Shown here one piece after another: positions 57,159 through 64,000 of a DNA stretch of 64,000 nucleotides. The stretch is from Craspedostauros australis (lineage: Eukaryota). Within the stretch, counting starts at the first letter, position 1; each line of letters begins with the position of its first letter. Made by a program: the position numbers and the translations under genes. The stretch is from the NCBI GenBank assembly GCA_030167865.1, contig JALAGF010005790.1:1-64000 (forward strand). Reading direction: 5' to 3'. Below the pieces are notes generated by a model. That model ran no database searches. It saw only the letters and a list, made by a program, of their open reading frames with translations, and was not told the DNA's origin.

Positions 57159-58550
57159 TTATTTAACGTTATTTTGAGATAAGCTATTAAATTTCATATA
57201 TTCTGGGTGAAATTCTAGGGGTATCGTTCCAAGACCTCCATTTCGTTGTTTGGCAATTATTAAATCAATTGCATTCTTACTGGTATTGTTATTGCTGTAA
57301 TTATTCATATATCTTTGTGCTTTTCTATTTCGATAAAGTAGTAATACTAAGTCTGAATCTTGTTCAATAGAACCACTTTCCCTTAAATCTGAGAGAATAG
57401 GCTTTTGATCGACTCTCGTTTCAACATTTCGGCTTAACTGTGAAAGAGCTATTATTGGTACATTAAATTCACGAGCTATACTCTTTAATGCTCTAGTAAT
57501 CTTTGAAACTTCTTGGGCTCTATTTACTTCTTTAACATTGGGACTCTCTATTAGTTGTAAATAATCAATAATAATTAAACCAAGTTTTTTCTGTTGAAAA
57601 TAAATATTTTTAATTGAAGAACGAAGAGACTGAATAGATAAGGTTGGGTTATCATTAATAAAAAATGGAGCGTCTGAAAGAATTTTTATTACCTTTCCTA
57701 ATTTAATCCAATCAGTCTCTGATAACTCACCTGCTCGTAATTTTTTTAAATTTATTTGACTTTCAAGAGCTAAAAGTCGATACATAATTTGTTCTTGAGA
57801 CATTTCAATACTAAAAAATAAAACTGGTAATTTATTTCTACGGCTAACATTTAATAATAAATTAAGACTTAAAGCTGTCTTTCCTAATGAAGGACGGCCA
57901 GCAAGAATAATTAAATCTGACCGTTGAAAGCCTTGTGTTAAATCGTCAAGTTTTGGATAACCCGTACGAATACCAAGAAATGTAGGTGTTAAAATTTTTG
58001 CTTTTAGATCTGAAAAAATATTATTCAATACCTGTGTTTTATTTATTTGCTTATGTGACGTCTGAAAGTTTGTTATATTAAAAATCTTTTCTTCTATTTC
58101 ATTTAAAGTTTTGTCTAAGGGTTTATTTACTGAAGAAGCAAAATAAAGAATTTCATATGAGAGTTTCATTAATGAACGTCGCAAAAATTTTTCATTTATG
58201 ATTCTAATATAATTTTCAAGATAAATTATATTTGGTACATTAGTAGTCAATTCGATAACAACTGCTACACCACCAACCTTTTCGACAAAACCATTTTCCT
58301 GTAAAAAATCCATTACAGTCACTGTATCAATCTTAAACTCTTTATCCTGCATTAAACAAAAGATTTGATAAAGTTGTTGATGGTTCTGAAAATAAAAAGC
58401 ATCTTTCTTTAAAGTTTGACGAACTAAATTTATTGCATTTTCATCTACTAAAATACAGCTAAGAATCATTTTTTCTGCTACAAAATTATGTGGAAGATTC
58501 TGAGCGATTTGTTTTGAATTCGGGATTTGATTTTGTTTTGATCTTGTCAT
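57159..58550 (-). CDS. dnaB: replicative DNA helicase
   Basis: GRPSLGKT; IIIDYLQL; LSDLRESGSIEQD. Confidence 0.98.
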   Translation of the reverse strand: MTRSKQNQIPNSKQIAQNLPHNFVAEKMILSCILVDENAINLVRQTLKKDAFYFQNHQQLYQIFCLMQDKEFKIDTVTVMDFLQENGFVEKVGGVAVVIELTTNVPNIIYLENYIRIINEKFLRRSLMKLSYEILYFASSVNKPLDKTLNEIEEKIFNITNFQTSHKQINKTQVLNNIFSDLKAKILTPTFLGIRTGYPKLDDLTQGFQRSDLIILAGRPSLGKTALSLNLLLNVSRRNKLPVLFFSIEMSQEQIMYRLLALESQINLKKLRAGELSETDWIKLGKVIKILSDAPFFINDNPTLSIQSLRSSIKNIYFQQKKLGLIIIDYLQLIESPNVKEVNRAQEVSKITRALKSIAREFNVPIIALSQLSRNVETRVDQKPILSDLRESGSIEQDSDLVLLLYRNRKAQRYMNNYSNNNTSKNAIDLIIAKQRNGGLGTIPLEFHPEYMKFNSLSQNNVK

Positions 58551-58592
58551 GAGTAGTTTATATTATTATAATATTTTTATTATCTTATTATA

Positions 58593-58665
58593 GCATCCTT
58601 AGTTCAGTAGGTAGAACGCTAGTTTCCAAAATTAGATGTCGAGGGTTCAAATCCTTCAGGATGTG
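58593..58665 (+). tRNA. trnW: tRNA-Trp(CCA)
   Basis: Anticodon loop TTCCAAA. Confidence 0.92.
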
Positions 58666-58795
58666 TTTCTCTTTACTAAGAGGTTAGTTACACATAATAG
58701 AATTATATACCATTAAAATTTTATAATTTATTTATTTTAAAAGCAACTAAAAGTTAGATTATAATCTTTTTAATAAATTAGTTTAGGAAAATAGT

Positions 58796-59221
58796 ATGCC
58801 AAAAAAAGTTACTGCATTGATTAAACTTGCATTATCTGCTAGTAAAGCTACACCTGCCCCTCCAATTGGTCCAGCATTAGGTCAGCATGGTGTAAATATT
58901 GCTGCTTTTTGTAAAGAATATAATGCTCGAACAAATGATAAAATAGGGTTAATTATTCCGGTGGAAATTTCAGTTTATGAAGATCGAAGTTATACTTTTA
59001 TTCTTAAAACACCACCAGCATCTGTTTTATTAGCAAATGCAGCTAAAATTAAAAATGGGTCGCCTACTCCAAACCAATTAAGCGTAGGATTAATTACAAA
59101 AGCTCAATTAGAAGAAATTGCAAAGATTAAATTACCGGATCTAAATACGACAAAGCTTACCAGTGCTATGAAAATTGTCGAAGGAACTGCTCGAAATATG
59201 GGAATTTCCATAATGGATTAA
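58796..59221 (+). CDS. rpl11: ribosomal protein L11
   Basis: [15 protein letters not shown]. Confidence 0.99.
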   Translation: MPKKVTALIKLALSASKATPAPPIGPALGQHGVNIAAFCKEYNARTNDKIGLIIPVEISVYEDRSYTFILKTPPASVLLANAAKIKNGSPTPNQLSVGLITKAQLEEIAKIKLPDLNTTKLTSAMKIVEGTARNMGISIMD

Positions 59222-59255
59222 TTCTTTATCGAATAAAATTTTAATGGAAAAATGT

Positions 59256-59948
59256 ATGAGAAAAGTATCTCACCGTCATAAAAATAATATTGGAAAAACA
59301 CAAAAAAAACTTTATTCAGATATAAATGAAGCAATTAGCGTTCTAAAAGAGACTGCGACAACTAAATTTGTTGAAACAGTTGAATTACATGCAAATCTTA
59401 ATATTGATCCAAAGTATGCTGATCAACAATTAAGAACGACTGTAACTTTACCGCATGGTGTTGGAAAAGAATTAAAAATTGCGTTATTAACAAATGAAGA
59501 GAATTTTCAAGAAGCAAAACAAGCAGGTGCTACAATTGTAGGAAATGATGAATTGATTGACAGCATTACCCAAGGAAACCTTACTTTTGATTTGTTAGTA
59601 GCTACTCCTAATATGATGCCAAAACTTGCAAAATTGGGGCGGATTTTAGGACCTAAAGGTTTAATGCCTTCACCTAAATCGGGAACTGTTACAAATGAAA
59701 TTACAGCAACGCTTACTGAATTTAAAAAAGGTAAGTTCGAATATAAAGCTGATAAAACAGGAGTTGTACATATTAATTTTGGAAAAGCTAATTTTTCTCA
59801 AATTCAACTTACTGAGAATTTAGAAGCATTATATCAATCAATTGAAAAAAATCGCCCTTCCGGTGTCAAAGGAAAGTATTTTAAAAGTTTATTTATATGT
59901 ACCACGATGGGTCCGTCAATAAAATTAGATCTAAGTACTTTCGATTAA
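59256..59948 (+). CDS. rpl1: ribosomal protein L1
   Basis: LGPKGLMPSPKSGT. Confidence 0.98.
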   Translation: MRKVSHRHKNNIGKTQKKLYSDINEAISVLKETATTKFVETVELHANLNIDPKYADQQLRTTVTLPHGVGKELKIALLTNEENFQEAKQAGATIVGNDELIDSITQGNLTFDLLVATPNMMPKLAKLGRILGPKGLMPSPKSGTVTNEITATLTEFKKGKFEYKADKTGVVHINFGKANFSQIQLTENLEALYQSIEKNRPSGVKGKYFKSLFICTTMGPSIKLDLSTFD

Positions 59949-59968
59949 TTATAAATTATTATATTACC

Positions 59969-60349
59969 ATGTCAGAAAAAATTACTCAAATTATTGAAGA
60001 ATTAAAATCATTAACCTTATTAGAAGCATCAGAATTGGTTAGTCAAATTGAAGAAACATTTGGTGTTGATGCTACTGCAGCTGGTGGAAATGTCGTAATG
60101 TCTTCAGCTACTGTAGTAGAAGAAGTTGAAGAAAAAACAGAATTCAATGTGATGCTAGATGAAGTTCCTGCTGATAAGAAAATTTCCATTTTAAAAGTTG
60201 TTCGTAGTATTACAGGACTTGGTTTAAAAGAAGCTAAAGAATTGGTTGAATCTGCACCAAAATTAGTTCAAGAAGATCTTGCAAAAGATGCTGCTGAAAA
60301 TGCTAAAAAGCAAATTGAAGATGCTGGTGGTAAAGTTTCATTAACTTAA
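59969..60349 (+). CDS. rpl12: ribosomal protein L7/L12
   Basis: TGLGLKEAKELVE. Confidence 0.98.
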   Translation: MSEKITQIIEELKSLTLLEASELVSQIEETFGVDATAAGGNVVMSSATVVEEVEEKTEFNVMLDEVPADKKISILKVVRSITGLGLKEAKELVESAPKLVQEDLAKDAAENAKKQIEDAGGKVSLT

Positions 60350-60390
60350 TATTAGCATAGTTAAAAACATTTGTCAATTTATATGGATTA

Positions 60391-60419
60391 TTGACAAATG
60401 TTTTTAACTATGATATTAT
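60391..60419 (+). promoter_or_regulatory. sigma70-type promoter for trnfM-psaD, overlapping the rpl12 terminator hairpin
   Basis: TTGACA-17 bp-TATTAT. Confidence 0.55.
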
Positions 60420-60455
60420 GATTTAGCATCGGTTAATACTTATCTAAATTTATTT

Positions 60456-60529
60456 CGCGGAGTAGAGCAGCCTGGTAGCTCGTTGGGCTCATAACCCGAA
60501 GGTCAATGGTTCAAATCCATTCTCCGCTA
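60456..60529 (+). tRNA. trnfM: tRNA-fMet(CAU)
   Basis: CGCGGAGTAGAGCAGCCTGGTAGC; GGG/CCC anticodon stem. Confidence 0.96.
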
Positions 60530-60612
60530 CAAACGTGAATCATGCTAATACTAAAAAAATTAGTTTTTAATTAGAACTATACATTGAATATTAAATATTT
60601 TAAAAATTATCT

Positions 60613-61032
60613 ATGACATTAAATTTACAAATCCCATTTCCAACTTTTAATGGAAGTACTGGAGGATGGTTAAGAGCGGCTGAAGTTGAGGAAAAATATG
60701 CTATTACTTGGACAAGTTCTAAAGAACTCATTTTTGAGATGCCAACTGCTGGTGCTGCAATTATGAGGAAAGGTGACAACTTGTTGTATTTAGCTCGTAA
60801 AGAACAATGTTTAGCATTAGGAATGCAATTACGAACATTTAAAATTAATAATTATAAAATTTATCGAATTTTTCCTAGTGGAGAAGTGCAGTACTTACAT
60901 CCTAAAGATGGCGTTTTTCCTGAAAAAGTTAATTCAGGTCGTATTGCTGTAAATAGTCGGGATTTTTCTATTGGAAAAAATCCGAATCCTGCTTCTATCA
61001 AATTTAGTGGAAAAACTACATATGAGAGTTAG
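60613..61032 (+). CDS. psaD: photosystem I subunit II
   Basis: [26 protein letters not shown]. Confidence 0.99.
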   Translation: MTLNLQIPFPTFNGSTGGWLRAAEVEEKYAITWTSSKELIFEMPTAGAAIMRKGDNLLYLARKEQCLALGMQLRTFKINNYKIYRIFPSGEVQYLHPKDGVFPEKVNSGRIAVNSRDFSIGKNPNPASIKFSGKTTYES

Positions 61033-61067
61033 TTTAGAGTTAAGATTAGTTTTGTAGCTAATCTTTT

Positions 61068-61155
61068 GGCGAGATGGCAGAGTTGGTCGATTGCGGCTGA
61101 TTTGAAATCAGCTGAATCCTTACAGATTCCGTGGGTTCGAATCCCACTCTCGCCT
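61068..61155 (+). tRNA. trnS: tRNA-Ser(UGA)
   Basis: Anticodon loop TTTGAAA, long variable arm. Confidence 0.94.
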
Positions 61156-61208
61156 AGAAAGAGATACTTTGTGTGTTTAAATGTGTTTATATACTATAGA
61201 AATTTTTT

Positions 61209-61856
61209 ATGAGTAAAGTTTACGATTGGTTTGAAGAACGGTTAGAAGTTCAAGCAATTGCAGATGATATTTCTAGTAAATATGTTCCACCTCATGTTAA
61301 TATTTTTTATTGCTTTGGTGGATTAGTTTTAACTTGTTTTCTAATTCAAGTTGCGACTGGGTTTGCTATGACATTTTATTATCGACCTAGTGTTGTTGAT
61401 GCATTTGCTTCGGTTGAATATATTATGACGAGTGTTAACTTTGGTTGGTTAATTCGCTCGATTCATAGATGGTCCGCAAGTATGATGGTTTTAATGTTAG
61501 TGTTGCATGTTTGTAGAGTGTACTTAACAGGTGGTTTTAAAAAACCACGTGAATTAACTTGGGTAACTGGGGTAATTTTATCAGTAGTTACTGTTTCATT
61601 TGGCGTTACAGGTTATTCATTACCTTGGGATCAAGTAGGATTTTGGGCATGTAAAATTGTAACTGGAGTACCTGCAGCAGTGCCAATAGTAGGACCACCT
61701 TTAGTTTTAATTTTACGAGGAGGTGAAAGTGTAGGTCAAAGTACTTTAACACGTTTTTATAGTGCACACACTTTCGTTTTACCGTTAGCTGCGGCAGTAT
61801 TAATGTTAACGCATTTTTTAATGATCCGTAAACAAGGTATTTCTGGACCATTATAA
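61209..61856 (+). CDS. petB: cytochrome b6
   Basis: [23 protein letters not shown]. Confidence 0.99.
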   Translation: MSKVYDWFEERLEVQAIADDISSKYVPPHVNIFYCFGGLVLTCFLIQVATGFAMTFYYRPSVVDAFASVEYIMTSVNFGWLIRSIHRWSASMMVLMLVLHVCRVYLTGGFKKPRELTWVTGVILSVVTVSFGVTGYSLPWDQVGFWACKIVTGVPAAVPIVGPPLVLILRGGESVGQSTLTRFYSAHTFVLPLAAAVLMLTHFLMIRKQGISGPL

Positions 61857-61894
61857 TTGGAAACTAATATCATTTATTAATTAACTATTTTTTT

Positions 61895-62377
61895 ATGTCA
61901 GTAATTAAAAAACCAGATTTAACAGACCCTAAATTACGTGCTAAATTAGCAAAAGGAATGGGGCATAACTATTATGGAGAGCCTGCATGGCCAAATGACA
62001 TCTTATATATTTTCCCTTTAACAATGTTAGGAATGTTGGCATGTTGTGTAGGGTTAGCAGTTTTAGCACCGACTCAACTAGGTGAACCTGCAGATCCATT
62101 TAATACACCTCTAGAAATTTTACCTGAATGGTATTTCTTTCCGACTTTTAATTTATTAAGAGTGTTACCTAATAAATTATTAGGAGTTCTTGCAATGGCA
62201 GCGGTTCCCGCTGGTTTAATCACTGTTCCATTTATTGAAAATGTTAATAAATTTCAAAATCCATTCCGTCGCCCAATTGCGAGCGCTTTATTTATTTTTG
62301 GGTTCTTTTTTGCTGTTTGGTTTGGTATTGGCGCCTGTTTACCAATTGATAAAGCTGTTTCTTTAGGATTTTGGTAA
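61895..62377 (+). CDS. petD: cytochrome b6f subunit IV
   Basis: [15 protein letters not shown]. Confidence 0.99.
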   Translation: MSVIKKPDLTDPKLRAKLAKGMGHNYYGEPAWPNDILYIFPLTMLGMLACCVGLAVLAPTQLGEPADPFNTPLEILPEWYFFPTFNLLRVLPNKLLGVLAMAAVPAGLITVPFIENVNKFQNPFRRPIASALFIFGFFFAVWFGIGACLPIDKAVSLGFW

Positions 62378-62940
62378 AAAATTTTTTAGCACTTTGAACT
62401 TGAATAGTAGCGCGTACTTCTTATATTTTGAAGCTACTAAGGTCACTTTTTACAATTAAATAATGTAAAGCAATATATTATTTGGTACTTGTTATCTATA
62501 AAAGTAATTAAAATTTTAAGGTCTTACTCATTTAATTATAATTTAATTCCACATAAAAACTTTATGAATTTTTTTATGTGGAATTAAATTATAATAACGG
62601 CTAGGCTTTAAAATTAGTTTTTTTTAATTCTCAAGATCATTAGTTCTATGGATTGTTCAGACAATCTTGTTCGTAACGCCGAGTACAAATTAAAATTTCT
62701 TACTGCTATGAGAATTGTTTAAGTTTCTAATCATTTAAATACGGAAATGAACAAAAATAGAAAATATTATAGCCTTAACACGATTTCGAATAGAATCCAT
62801 TATTAAAAATCAAGATTAATAGAAAATATGGTATATCTCTTCAAATTGAAAAAAGTTCTTACTTTTAATCTTAGATCTATAAAATGCTCCCTTCCTAGCT
62901 ATTTTCTAGATAAGTTGAATATGGGAAAATTTCAATTTTA

Positions 62941-63010
62941 AAAAGAATCGTTCAGCTGTTTAGATATTCTCAGGCTCCTGAGAATATCTAAACAGCTGAA
63001 CGATTCTTTT
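62941..63010. repeat. perfect palindrome, 34-bp arms with 2-nt spacer
   Basis: aaaagaatcgttcagctgtttagatattctcagg-ct-cctgagaatatctaaacagctgaacgattctttt. Confidence 0.95.
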
Positions 63011-63052
63011 CAAATTAGAAACAGCGTAAATTACTCAGACACAACAATTAAC

Positions 63053-63721
63053 ATGTACTATATTGATCAGTGCCCAATTGAAAAACTTCAAAAGGTATAC
63101 TTGATCAAGTTTTTTCAACTTTTAGCGTATCTGAAATCCTTGGATCACTATAAAACAGCAAACTTAACGTCTAAGTATAGGCAGTATAAATTTCCGGTAA
63201 GAGACTTTTTTAATTATCTAAAGAACAACATAGTATTGGAACTTTTGTCAGATAAAAGCTATCGAATGTTGGTAACAATTCCTGAGGCTTACGTATGGAA
63301 GAGTCAAAATCAATGGATTACCCAAGTTTTGTTAGCGGATGAATTATTCGATTATTCAGAACCATTTTTATTCACTGACTATTTCAGAAAAAAAAAAATG
63401 ACAACAGATGAGTTCTCTGTATTATTTCATATCCTACAGAATTTCAGTGTTCCTACTCTTACAAAGGAATTCGATGTTCCTGGATTCTTGCGTAATTACC
63501 CTTCTAAGCTAAACGGTGCACGAAAGCAAAAAATCAAATGTTTATTTTTACGTTATATCAAAATTTTACAGCAGGAAGAAAAAATTCAAGACCTAGTTTT
63601 GTTCCCTTCCCTTAGCACGTCTAACCCAAAGCGCCTAATTAAAATTTCTGACTTAAACCAAAAACATTTAATGCAGTTGTTTGTTATTTTTGAAGTCCTT
63701 GATGTTCAATTTGTGATTTAG
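63053..63721 (+). pseudogene. C-terminal half of the plasmid-type Rep-like family
   Basis: FFQLLAYLK, YRQYKFPVRDF, ELFDYSEPFLF, KQKIKCLF match 8587-9282 and 48324-49229. Confidence 0.7.
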
Positions 63722-64000
63722 GTTGAATACTTATTTGTTAAGAGTCTGATAAGGAACAAAAAAAAGACTTACCTGTTAAGAACATACGAATAAAACTATG
63801 GACTTTTAAATATTTTTAACCAACAAGCCTAACTACAAAGAATAAGGTAAACAATAAAATTAAAATACAAACCTTTAAAAGTTCGTATTTTAATTTGAAA
63901 AGGTCACTATTTTAATAACACACTGAACAAAGAAAAAACTTGACAAAAAAAAGTTCAACTAATAAAATTAAATAAGCCAAAATCGTACTTTTGGTGGAAA

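Noticed and set aside
57150..57165. Zero-gap convergent trnF/dnaB
   Set aside because: Explained by genome compaction; no further signal

Overview
AT-rich segment of a diatom (red-lineage) plastid genome, probably a pennate. It runs from the 5' end of the 16S rRNA through ycf89, psaB/A, psbD/C, psbB, rpoB/C1/C2, atpB/E and dnaB to petB/D, with about 17 tRNAs, tmRNA and SRP RNA. Three accessory insertions interrupt the conserved gene order: psbI-ycf41 (~8.6-10.8 kb), rpl19-trnM (~45.8-55.1 kb) and after petD (~62.4-64 kb). A smaller decayed patch lies between rps2 and rps20. The main island is 9.3 kb, is bounded by 79-bp inverted repeats and abuts the 3' end of trnM. It carries: a decayed CRESS-DNA-virus-type Rep (HUH plus SF3 helicase); several decayed copies of a ~500-aa plasmid-type protein with Rep_trans-like motifs; serine- and tyrosine-recombinase remnants; and an apparently intact cassette resembling a polymorphic toxin system (leader + RelE-like C-terminal domain, then two immunity-like genes). 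The ORF next to trnP contains an acyl-carrier-protein-like domain that lacks the phosphopantetheine Ser. All family assignments come from motif recognition by eye; no database search was run.
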